Part shown: piece by piece, positions 26,715-38,449 of the stretch
How positions within the stretch are numbered: position 1 is the first letter of the stretch
Layout: each line of letters starts with the position of its first letter
Assembly: GCF_001194135.2 (NCBI RefSeq)
Contig: NC_068989.1
Span: 48,959,187 to 49,023,186, forward strand
From: Octopus bimaculoides
Taxonomy: Eukaryota
Length of the DNA stretch: 64,000 bases
Reading direction: 5' to 3'
Position numbers and translations under genes: made by a program
Notes under the pieces: model-generated
Told to the model about the DNA's origin: nothing
Database searches by the model: none
What the model saw: the letters and a program-made list of their open reading frames with translations, nothing else

Positions 26715-27779
26715 GAGAAAGAGAGAGAGACACACACACACCATCAGTATCATTATTTTATATATACTTTTCCATGGCTGTATGTTGGACTGTAGTTTTG
26801 ATCTATAATGATTTGGAAAAAAAAAATTAGTAATAATATGAAGATCTAATATTCTACATTCTAACCACTCGATATTTGATGTACATATAATTTCTCCTTG
26901 TTCAATTGCATAACAAACACAAAAGTTGTCACTTCTATGCTGTTGGGAAATTAATAAAATTTAAAGCCATAAACATGAATCCATTAATAAATTTTTAAAA
27001 AAATAATAGATTAAAAAAACAAAACTTCAGCAATATATATTTCTGAAGAGACATAGCACAGCTAATATGAAGACAAATGAAAGCTCAACTGTTTGACATT
27101 AAAAGACCTTGTTTCATGATACAAAATGATGATATCTTTGTAGCGCATTTTGTCTCTAAATGGTGAATGGCAAGGCAAATAGAAAGGAAAACTTGAAATA
27201 AACAATCTTATATGCTGCAAAATACAGAACAACTCAAGAAAAGAGCCTCTATATGTTTGTTTGACTTGCTAGAAATAGCATCAAAATCTCTCTGAATCAC
27301 AGACTGGCATTAAAATGTACTTTGGGTAATATAGCTCTATGCTTGGAAAAACAAAAAAAAAAGAGTCAAGGCTTCACTTTTGCTCACAGGTTTTTATCGA
27401 TCAAAATATCATCACACCCAGACCTGGTATTAAAGTAACATCAAGAATTTCACTCTCCTAGTGTCTGATTCAGTAAAAATTGTTGGCCTTGCTGGCCTAC
27501 TTTAGCCATTCCTGACAAATTGTTGGCTCAACTAAACAGGCTGCTTAGTGACCCAATCTTCAATGCATTCTGAGACCATAGTAAACAGAGCAATATATTC
27601 TACAGCACAGACAAGAAATTATTTCAGTTACAGGAAAATATACCTTTTTTGTTTTAAACCTTTTGATATCAACCTGCTTGCAATCACCCTTAGTTTTATG
27701 AAATAACTTCCTATTTATTTGTTAAAATTTCACAGTAATTTACGCTCCAAACACCAGTTTAATAATTACAAAGCTAAGG

Positions 27780-27970
27780 CATTGAGCTGGCAGAATTGTT
27801 AGCATGCTAGGCAAAATTTTTAATGGCATTTTGTCCATCATTGCATTCTGAGTTCAAATTCTGCTAGGATTGACTCTGCCTTTCATCTTTTGGGGTCAAT
27901 AATATAAGTACCACTTGATCAGTGGGGGTCAATGTAATCGACTTAGCCAGTCACCTAAAATTGCTGGCCT
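27780..27970 (+). mobile_element. Family-A SINE
   Basis: GAGCTGGCAGAATTGTTAGCA head and TTCTGAGTTCAAATTC B-box. Confidence 0.7.
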
Positions 27971-28879
27971 GTTCCAAAGCTATTTTACTAAATTCATTAC
28001 TTTCAAAATTAATTGAAACAGAAAATATAACAAAAGGGTTAAAAACAAATCTCTAGAATCATGTAAGCAACTATAAAACTCCAATATTAGTTGTGTTACA
28101 ATATAAACAGCTACAAAACAGAGACAGGGGGAGGGAGAGAGAGAGGAGGAAGGAGAGAAAGAGATAGAGAGATATGGAGGAAGAAGAGATAAGAATATTG
28201 CTTCTCAGCACCTACATGAACCTAATTGTATAAGGAAAAGTACATAAACCTTTTCAAAAGAAAAAGCACCATTGACAACATATACTATGTGAATGACATA
28301 ATGCAAGAATGGTCTTGAAGTTGATGATCAATGTATTAAAAGATTCTGAACTTTGAAAGAAAAAAAAAAAAAAATGTGTCTTAGTCATAGAATGGCTATC
28401 TGGCCATAAGATGCAGCCTCAGATAAGACTTAATGCAACCCATACCAGTATGGAAAAGCAAATATAAAAGTAAGCAGTAACATGTACTTTAAGAGAAAGG
28501 GTATGGAAAGGGATACACATTGGTGTATTCCTTTCACTCCATTGGTTATGATGACAAGCATTCCAGTTGATCCAACCAACTGAACAGCCTACTTGTGAAA
28601 TTAATGTGCAAGTGGCTGAGCAGTCCACAGATAGATTTTCCCTTAACAGGGAAATTCAATGTGACAGACTGTGACAAGTCTGGCCTTTTCAAATACAGAT
28701 ACCACTCATTTTTGCCAACTGAATGGACTGGAGCAATGAGAAATAAAGTATCTTGATCAAGGACACAATGCACTGCTGGGAATTGAATTCATGACCTTAC
28801 AATATTCAGCTAAATATCCTAACTACTCTGCCACATACCTTCACACACACACACACACACACACACTCTTGCATATATT

Positions 28880-29250
28880 CTTTTATTCTTTTACTTGTTT
28901 CAGTCATTTGACTGCAGCCATGCTGGACCACCACCTTAAAGAGTTTTTAGTTGAAGAAATCAACACTAGGACTTATTCTATGTAAGCCTAGTACTTATTC
29001 TATCAATCACTTTTACTAAACTGCTAAGTTACGGGGACATAAACACATGATTTTCAAGCGATGCCAGTGAGGACAAACACACACACACACATACAATGGG
29101 CTGTTTTCAGTTTCCATCCATCAAATCCACTCACAGGGCTTTGGTTGGCCTGATGCTACAGTAGAAGTTACTTGCCCAAGGTGCCAGGCAGTGGGACTGA
29201 ACCCAGAATCATATGGCTGGGAAACAAGCTTCTTACCACATAGCCATTCC
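28880..29250 (-). mobile_element. Family B/C SINE
   Basis: Same bipartite layout as 24325-24710. Confidence 0.75.
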
Positions 29251-29614
29251 TGTAGAATATAGGAGTAGAATCTTTTCTTTTAAACATACACTATTGAAAG
29301 CATGTCTGTATTATGTTCGAGTTTTAACTTTTTATTCATGGTTTTTCATAATTCTTTATGTTTTGTTTGGGACAATAAATTTTCCAAGTCCATCGACATT
29401 TGAAGACATTTTTGGGCTTATCTTTCTGGATGAAATGATTTTCATGGAAGTTGCTTTCATTGTATGCAAGAATCAAGAGAATGATGCTGCTGTGTCTGCT
29501 TTTAATTCGTTATCATGGGCCTTTAAAAGTTTTTCTGACCTTTGATGTTAGATTTCTTTCAGCAGTGAGGAAATCTTTGGCTGTGGCATTTGATGTCAGT
29601 GTGGCTAGAGTATA

Positions 29615-29840
29615 CTGTTCTGTGTAGTTTGTTGCTAGGGTGTATTGTCTGGCAAACTACAGCATTTCCTGTTAGTTTGTTGCTAAAGTGTGCTCTCTGG
29701 CATGCTATGGTTTGGTGTCTGCAGTTTATTTGTGACTAGGGTCTGCTGTCTAGCAAACTATGATAGCTGCTATTAGTTCATTGCTAAATTATAGAGTCTG
29801 GTAAGCTGTGGTGTCTGCTGGTAGTCTGTTGCAAGAGCCT
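29615..29840. repeat. Degenerate minisatellite, ~46-48 bp unit, ~5 copies
   Basis: TAGTTTGTTGCTA...GTCTGGCAAACTA recurs at about 47-bp spacing. Confidence 0.65.
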
Positions 29841-30451
29841 TTAGTTATATTACATCAAATTATTTCTTGATTAGAAAATATAAAGGAAGAGTACACAGTT
29901 ATATTCACAATATCCGTGTTAAGAAGTGAGCAACAGATACTTCAACATTCCTATGATTCTTACCTACACTGAAAATGAAAATAACAAACACCACTAAATT
30001 TATTTCATCAAGACAAAGAAGTGCTAAAACATGTATGTACAAGTATGACTGTGTGGGTAAAAAGCTTGCTTCCCAACCCTGTGGTCTTGGGTTCAATTCC
30101 ATTGCATGGCACCTTGGCAAGTGTCTTCTACTATAACTTCAAGTAGATTTGGTAGATGGAAACAGAAAGAAGCCCATTCTGTATTTGTGTGTGTGTTTAT
30201 ATTTGTGTGTACCCTTGTCTAGACATCATGTGGTGGTTATAAAAAAAAAATTGTTATACAAGCAGCAGTGGTCATTTCTAGTCTTCTGTAAAGACATGCC
30301 TGGCTCATATGAAAAATAATATCTAGCTTGGAAACAGGTAGGGACCAGCAATAAGAAGGGCATTTGGCCACATAACAATTTACTTGAACAAATTTCATCT
30401 GATCCATGCAAGCATAGAAAAGTGTTCATTAAATGATGATATTACTACATG

Positions 30452-30489
<38 letters not shown>

Positions 30490-30844
30490 ATAATATTAGG
30501 GAATAAAAAATTTATTCCAACCTTACAGGCAAAAATCAGTATAATATTATACCGAGTTTCCTAATATATAATATATATGTATATAACTAATTTAGAGATG
30601 AACCACCACCCTACAACTCAGTCAACTCTGAACCCGTCCAAATCTATGCTGTGAGGCATATACCATCTTAATATATCTAATATTTTAATCTAAAAATTTA
30701 AATTAAATAACATATTACATAAATAAATCATATAAATATTAATTTAAAAAATTGAACAGTCAAATTTATAAATTGGACAGTAAAAATTAATACGATAATA
30801 TACAGTATGGAAGTATAAATGTGAAAAGTTAGAGATAGTACATA

Positions 30845-30959
30845 GACTACGCGCGTTTCATGGCTGAAATAGGACTATATAAAATCATAAGCAAATTCTA
30901 TCCGAGTTCATTAGAACAGGGAAATGACTTTACTCCCAAAATCAGTCACTCTTCAGGTC
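30845..30959 (-). ncRNA. Type I hammerhead ribozyme with expanded stem II
   Basis: Minus strand reads GAC-CUGAAGA-GUGACUGA...(~75 nt)...UCAGCCAU-GAAA-CGCGCG-UA-GUC. Stem I is GAC/GUC, stem II pairs at 7 of 8 positions, and stem III is palindromic. Predicted cleavage is after GUA (30848/30847). Confidence 0.75.
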
Positions 30960-31290
30960 AAATCCCTAAGAAAATACCTAAAATCATTCAAAGGATAAAC
31001 ATAAACATGAGAAATAAAAATATATATAAAGAGACAAAATCTGTAAACTAATCCCTACATTAACGGTATTAATATAATTATTAAGAGTTACAATCTAAAA
31101 ATATAGTATAATAGTAAACGAGGTTAAAACATTATGGAATAAGTAGATAATAGTAAAAAATGTGTTAGTGTACAAAGTTACTAAAAGACAGATGTCAATA
31201 TTGTTTATAAAATAAAATAAGAAAACATGACTTATCTGCCGGCTGATAACTGTACATTAAAGCAAAATGGCTGTGCTATAGAATTTATAC

Positions 31291-31740
31291 TAAAAGGTCA
31301 CGTGATAAATATGGCGTCTATTACCCAGAAGTACATGCGTATTATAACTACTAAAATAATAACGAAAATATAGACAAAGAAAATCTACCTAAAATAAAAC
31401 GTTTCTTGGGGATTAAAAATACTAAAATACTTAAACTTGCAAATTAACGCAGAGTAACAACTATACCCATATGAAAATTCTATATTACGTAAATAATGCT
31501 ATGAAAATTAATACTGAAAAGTCACGTGATAAACATGGCGTCCATTACCAGAGGTAAGTACGTGTTATAATTACTAAAGTAAGAACGAAAATATCGAAAA
31601 AGAAAATCTACCTAAAATAAAAAAGTTTAATGAAGATTAATAATACTAAAATACTTAAAACTCTCAGATTTACGCAGAATAATAACTATACCAAATACGA
31701 AAGTTATATATTACTTAAATAATGTTATGAAACATTGTAA
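31291..31740. repeat. Diverged tandem duplication, 224-bp period, in the PLE 3' region
   Basis: GTCACGTGATAAA.ATGGCGTC (CACGTG at 31299 and 31523) and AAAGAAAATCTACCTAAAATAAAA occur in both units. Confidence 0.85.
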
Positions 31741-31891
31741 AAGGCTGCTCATATTATCGTTGAATAAATGTTCCAATTTTGTATAATATTGTGACGATTA
31801 AAATGTATTCTAAAACTAATTTGATGTATTCTACGATACTGATTATAACTATAAGTTGGTACACAATACTAGGTTTAAATAAATAAATTAG

Positions 31892-34112
31892 TTATCTAAA
31901 CTTATTATATAAGTAATTTAATTTATGTCTGCATTTAATATCACGTTCATCGTGGAAGTTAATCAATTTTTTATTAGTTAATAATATCTCTTTAAATTCG
32001 TTAGTAAATAATAAGCAGAATTTATTCCCTATCCTATATGATTTAACCTTGCAAACTATTTCCCATTTTAACTCGTATTCTATTCTTTTTGATTTAAGTA
32101 CCCAAATGTATTTACTAAGGCCCGTAGAGTTCATTAAATTTCTGTTCTTAAAAGAATTCATATGTTGGGCCACCCGGAATTTAATTTTATTGAAAGTCGA
32201 TCCAATGTAAGTAGTATTTATGTTATCATTATTACTACAGTTATTATCCTTCAAAATCACTATACATTTATATGTTACGTCCTCAACGTTACATCGATTA
32301 TTAAATTTATATTTAGTCTTATCTCTACAATTACAATCAATTATATTTTGGACTCCAATGGAGGTATTACTTAATTTATTATTGTAAAACTTATTTAATT
32401 TAAATTTATTAAAGGATGAAACGATATTGCCAACATTATTCGTGGTAGAGTAACCAACTCCAAAATTATTGCTAGAAAATGTGTCGTTATATTTCTTGTT
32501 GTCTTTAATAAATATCTTGATTATATTTAAAATCTCTTTAATAATGTTAGTTTTTACTTGTATCCCATAGGGAATTATTGGCCATATTTTATTCTTCTTA
32601 TTATTATTACTGAGGTTTTTTGTTCATATTACTACCTATCTCTGGCTTAAGGTGATTCTGAATACTGTGTTTATTATTATAATAGAAGGTGTATTCATCA
32701 TTTAAGTTATCTTTTAAATTATAATTATATTTAGAATTGTTGAAAAATTTAATATCATGATTATATCCCGCCTTATGAAGAGCTTCATTATAATATGGTG
32801 CATGTTAATTGAATATCTCATAGTTGGAAGAAAGTACTGAAATTCTTTACCCTATATTATTTACTAATGATTTCTTAATAGAAGGAGGGTGGTTACTCTT
32901 AGCGTAATATATTTCAGGTTTTCGTTAATTTTATGGTAAGGTTGGGTTAAACCCGTTATTAAGTTGAAATTTACATCTAAGTAGTTGACATTGCTATATT
33001 CGTTATAAATTGTAATCCTAAGCCTATTTCTTTTAAAGAAACTGTATATTTTCTTCTTATATATTTCTAAAGTTATATTCGTGCTATTTTTCGTTATTAG
33101 CAGGAGGTCATCTCTGTATAATCCACCCTCCAACTTAGGATTTTCTAATTGGTGTTCTGCTAGTATATTCCATAGGGATATCAAAAAAGACCCAAGTATC
33201 TTTTCTGGCCCATAATTTATTATTGTACCTAATAAACGATTTTCTCGCCATTTTTACTACCTTAACTTCGTCTTTAGTCATTCCCACCTTATTCATAGCA
33301 TATATTAAGGCCTCATTAAGCACTATTTGCTTAATAAGATGAATAATAATCCTCTATGTCTATTTGGATAAATTTGTAACGACTACTGTCTTTAATATCT
33401 TTAAACCATTTTAAAGTATTATTAGTGCTAGTCCAGAGTTTCAGGTAATTTAGGTTATTTAGTTTATTAATATATTTGTCTAAAATTAACTTAATTTCCC
33501 TAAATCCGATTTACTGGGACATATTAGTCTAACTTTAGGGTCCAAGTAGAAATTGTCTTTATGATCCTTTAAAGTTTATGGTTCCGTTTAATTGTCTATC
33601 TCATATTTTTCCATGATTAACCTAGTGGCTTTATTAATATTATAAATGGTCTCTTCCGGGACAATTTTATATTTTTTATTTATTTCCTTTCCTAAAAGTT
33701 TATCATATAATTTTGTATCTAATTTATACAGGTTGTCAGTTTTATCAGATTGTACGACTGTTCCCTCGATATTACGCATTTCTTTTATTTTGATTCCTAA
33801 GTTTCTTAAGTATTCATTATGCCTGTTTGAGTATTTTTTAAACTTAATGTTTTTAACCACCTTCCAAATTTTGTCTTCCAGAGACTGAATTTCCCTATTA
33901 TATGGGGGTTTCCTTTTAGTTTTAAATTTAGAGCTTATATAATTGGTATTCTCCACATCTTTAATGTTGGCAATGTTACAGTTCTTATAGTGAGCTATCC
34001 ATTTTATTCTATTAATAAACTCCTTTATATTATTAATAAGTTTAATGATATATTCCCTTTTAGATGGAATGGGGATGTTCTTCAATGAAGAGTCTCAGAT
34101 TAGTGGTTCAAT
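31892..34112 (-). pseudogene. Disrupted PLE polyprotein (reverse transcriptase + GIY-YIG endonuclease)
   Basis: Fragments: SLKNIPIP...SDKT...TLKDHK...KVRLICPSKSDLGK...IQIDIEDYY...FDIPM [internal deletion] GLYRDD...VNYLDV...SNHPPSI...CNCR...TYIGST...LSKYIW...KWEIV...KCRH. Disrupted mostly by TAA stops plus frameshifts; the start codon appears mutated to ATT. Confidence 0.9.
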
Positions 34113-34334
34113 CCTACCTGTAAGTACCATAATAAACGAAAATTGAAGGTAAAACCTAAAACAATAGTTGTATTATAAATATTAAAAGTATTATAGTAAT
34201 AATATTAGGGAATAAAAAATTTATTCCAACCTTACAGGCAAAAATATATATATATATATCTCTAATCAAACAAAAATGAGCTACGAGAAATAGCTCTGAG
34301 CAGCCAGTGGCATGTATATAAACAATATAGACAA

Positions 34335-34680
34335 ATAGGGTAAAAAGGTAAAGACCCCTTTCAGTCATGAATGACCATGGGATTGCACCTAGAAAGTTAC
34401 CTTCTGCAGCACAAATCCAAGCCAGGTTGTTTATATAAGACTAGCAGACAGCCATGCATGTCCATCTCCCCTCTCCATGCCACACTAATGTTATCCAAGG
34501 TAAAGGCCAATACGCTTGGAACCAGTGACATCACAACTTATTTCCATTGCTGAGTGAACTGGAGCAATGTGAAATAAAGTCTTGCTCATGCACATGACAC
34601 AGAGCCCGTTCTAGGAATTGAACTCACTACCTCATGACTGTGAGCCTGACACTCTAACCACTGAGCCATGCACCTTCACT
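34335..34680 (-). mobile_element. tRNA-headed SINE (family E), full length
   Basis: Reverse-complement similar to 45480-45810; head GCATGGCTCAGTGGTTAGAG. Confidence 0.8.
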
Positions 34681-36094
34681 TGTAGGAATATTACCTTACC
34701 TAGAAGCATGTGAGACTTGGTGATAGGAAGGGCATCAGGTCTTAGAAAATGTGCCTCAACAAATTCCATAGACCAATACTGGTATACCAAATGCCAACAG
34801 TGTAAAATTTCCATTTATGATCTCTGCCTCTAGAAGAGGTGTCACAATTACCAAATAGTAATTGAGACTAGCTCCATATGAATCAAAAATTCTCCTAAAC
34901 GGCAATGCATTAAGATGATTTTAATAAATTAAAAGTTTATGTGGTATATTTGACATACATGCATTAACTTGTGTTGTTAAAATACATGCCTCTAACCATT
35001 CTGAGTTATTTCTCTTGTTATAATTGAGCTTCATTTTATGTCTACTAAATCCACTCATGAGGCATTGGTTGGCCTAAGAATATAGTACAAGAAACTTACC
35101 CAAGGTGTGATGCAATATTCCTGAATCTGAAACCAGGTGGTTGGAAAATTTCAAAACCACATAATAATGTCAGCACCTATCATGTGTGTGTGTGTGTGTG
35201 TGTGTCTAAACTGAATTCCTCTATCATTATTTGCACTACAATTCTTACCCATGCCCCACACCCTATACTAAAGTAATTATAGTAGAATAGATAACTTTGT
35301 TGAATGGATGAGTTTTATCTGATTAATGTACACCAGATGTATAGTCATGGCTGCTTTGATCACAGGTCTGCTCAAGTGGGAACTGACCTGAAGGATAAAC
35401 AGCAGTAGCAAGAGCTAGTCTCATGACTACAGAGATGAAATTGTTATTCTTAAATGTTTAATAAATAGATTCTACAATAAAAATGACAACAAAGGAAGAT
35501 ATTAACAATAACAAGTAAAACAAGCAGAAATTGACAAAACTCTATCACAAAGCACTAATGAAGACATTTTGAAGTACACAATTTATTCAGGAAAATATAA
35601 TATAATACTCTTGACTGAGAGAGCTGTCTGGCTAAAGAATGAAATATAGTTAAATTCTTGGCTAGTAATTATAACAACAGAATAATAGTATCAAATTTCC
35701 AGAAAAATATTTTTAAAATCTTGAAATAGTCTGATATCATGTACAAAATATCGTTTTAAATTCCCATACATTTTTGTGCATTGTGTTTAATATTACTTGA
35801 AATCCAAGATTCATGTAAGAAAGAAAATTAATGAAGGGATGAAAAGTTAATCTTTGAACTGAAAAAATAAAAAGAGAAGCTCCAAACAAATTGGAAAATG
35901 AAGAAAGAAGCAAAAATCACTTTACATGTCTGTAACTTAACTAGAACTGAAGATAATTTAATAGGAGAATTGAAGCCATAGAAGTCAACCTTTCACTTGT
36001 AAAATATTGATATGCAGAAAATAGTAACTGATAGCAATCAGAGAATGTACCGTTTGCATATGATGTAAATAAAAACAATGAGATGAAAGCTAAC

Positions 36095-36230
36095 TGATAT
36101 AGAAGTATATATCTTTTTCTGGATAAATCTCTGTATTTGTGAAAATTGTTTCATGAAGTGTGATATAGTCCACTTCTGAAATACCATGTCTTTCTATGGA
36201 AGACATTGTAGTTGATTAGAATGTTGGGCC
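36095..36230 (-). CDS. Candidate exon with ATG at 36206 (MSSIERHGISEVDYITLHETIFTNTEIYPEKDIYFYI)
   Basis: Strong acceptor TGTTTTGTTTTTCATCCCTCTAG|G, in-frame upstream TAA, ACAATG context, 37 open codons, and donor A|GTTAGC (phase 1). Confidence 0.35.
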
Positions 36231-36517
36231 CTAGAGGGATGAAAAACAAAACAGTGCATATTGATATTTAAATCCAAACACTTAAGGTGCAGCTCTAAGC
36301 ACAGAGAAATATTAAGTTCAGTTCTTGACCTCCTATACAATATTTACTGCTTTAATAATAAGGTGTAAGAGAAGTTATAGCTTGGGTAAAAGGCCAAACA
36401 TTTGTAACAAAGTGCTATCAATTCAGGACTTGATACTCCTAGTATATTACTGGTGCTTTGTTTATAAATTTGGAAAGGATGAAAGAAAATGTCTTCTTCA
36501 GTGGAATTTAAACTGAG

Positions 36518-36556
<39 letters not shown>

Positions 36557-37213
36557 NNNNNNNNNNNNNNNNNNNNNNNNNNNNNNNNNNNNNNNNNNNN
36601 NNNNNNNNNNNNNNNNNNNNNNNNNNNNNNNNNNNNNNNNNNNNNNNNNNNNNNNNNNNNNNNNNNNNNNNNNNNNNNNNNNNNNNNNNNNNNNNNNNNN
36701 NNNNNNNNNNNNNNNNNNNNNNNNNNNNNNNNNNNNNNNNNNNNNNNNNNNNNNNNNNNNNNNNNNNNNNNNNNNNNNNNNNNNNNNNNNNNNNNNNNNN
36801 NNNNNNNNNNNNNNNNNNNNNNNNNNNNNNNNNNNNNNNNNNNNNNNNNNNNNNNNNNNNNNNNNNNNNNNNNNNNNNNNNNNNNNNNNNNNNNNNNNNN
36901 NNNNNNNNNNNNNNNNNNNNNNNNNNNNNNNNNNNNNNNNNNNNNNNNNNNNNNNNNNNNNNNNNNNNNNNNNNNNNNNNNNNNNNNNNNNNNNNNNNNN
37001 NNNNNNNNNNNNNNNNNNNNNNNNNNNNNNNNNNNNNNNNNNNNNNNNNNNNNNNNNNNNNNNNNNNNNNNNNNNNNNNNNNNNNNNNNNNNNNNNNNNN
37101 NNNNNNNNNNNNNNNNNNNNNNNNNNNNNNNNNNNNNNNNNNNNNNNNNNNNNNNNNNNNNNNNNNNNNNNNNNNNNNNNNNNNNNNNNNNNNNNNNNNN
37201 NNNNNNNNNNNNN
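36557..37213. other. Assembly gap (N run); other gaps at 10598-10607, 24196-24311, 37926-38409, 40327-40460 and 55044-55053
   Basis: Direct reading; several gaps abut microsatellites. Confidence 1.
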
Positions 37214-37248
<35 letters not shown>

Positions 37249-37249
37249 T

Positions 37250-37460
37250 GCATGTGTATCTTTGTATCTGTGTTTGAACTCCACCATCACTTGACAATCA
37301 TATTGGTGTGTTTATGTCCCGCTAACTTAGCACTTCAGCAAAAGAGTTGAATAGAATAAGTACCAGGCTTAAAAAGTAAATACTGGACTTGATTTGTTTG
37401 GGTAGCATTATTCAAGGCAGGACATCAGTATGGCCACATTCTAATGACCGAAGCAAGTAG
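37250..37460 (+). mobile_element. 3' half of a family B/C SINE
   Basis: GTTTATGTCCCGCTAACTTAGC...AATAGAATAAGTACCAGGC...GTATGGCCACA. Confidence 0.65.
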
Positions 37461-38409
37461 AAGAATGAAAGACAAAACACAATTATCCAAAGTGCCAAGA
37501 ATTGCAATCTGTAATGAATTTAAAGTGCACAATAAATATAAAAGTACTGAAAAATAGAAAAATAACGATAATAACTATTTGAAAGAAATAAGACTAAAAG
37601 AATGATATACTATTCCAACTGAAATCACTAAAATTCTTTAGGAAACCAGAAAATACTTGAATGTTTATATAATTAAGGTTAACATTTTTAGCAAAGGAGG
37701 ATTTCTGAATGTGAGTCTTTAAATAAATCAGATAGATCCCTTTTAGAATGTGTAACAGTGAATTGAAAAATAATTCAGGAAAATAAATGGAGAAAAATTC
37801 AATGAAATATTAGGTTATGGTTAAAATAAAACAGGTTGTTTTTAGAATATTTTATTACAGAGTTGTATATTAAAAAAACATATACATACATATCTGTATA
37901 TATACATATATATACATATATACATNNNNNNNNNNNNNNNNNNNNNNNNNNNNNNNNNNNNNNNNNNNNNNNNNNNNNNNNNNNNNNNNNNNNNNNNNNN
38001 NNNNNNNNNNNNNNNNNNNNNNNNNNNNNNNNNNNNNNNNNNNNNNNNNNNNNNNNNNNNNNNNNNNNNNNNNNNNNNNNNNNNNNNNNNNNNNNNNNNN
38101 NNNNNNNNNNNNNNNNNNNNNNNNNNNNNNNNNNNNNNNNNNNNNNNNNNNNNNNNNNNNNNNNNNNNNNNNNNNNNNNNNNNNNNNNNNNNNNNNNNNN
38201 NNNNNNNNNNNNNNNNNNNNNNNNNNNNNNNNNNNNNNNNNNNNNNNNNNNNNNNNNNNNNNNNNNNNNNNNNNNNNNNNNNNNNNNNNNNNNNNNNNNN
38301 NNNNNNNNNNNNNNNNNNNNNNNNNNNNNNNNNNNNNNNNNNNNNNNNNNNNNNNNNNNNNNNNNNNNNNNNNNNNNNNNNNNNNNNNNNNNNNNNNNNN
38401 NNNNNNNNN

Positions 38410-38449
<40 letters not shown>

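Larger units (their letters stand above)
30483..34245 (-). mobile_element. Penelope-like retroelement (probably Naiad-type) inserted in (TA)n
   Basis: Identical 54-bp direct repeats at 30483-30536 and 34192-34245, (TA)n on both flanks, RT plus C-terminal GIY-YIG coding remnants, and a hammerhead motif in the 3' region. Confidence 0.9.

Noticed and set aside
31892-34112. Selenocysteine recoding, reported for some Naiad PLEs
   Set aside because: The internal stops I traced are TAA, apart from one TGA near the N-terminus at a non-Cys position. The CNCR and KCRH cysteines use TGT/TGC. I recognised no SECIS.
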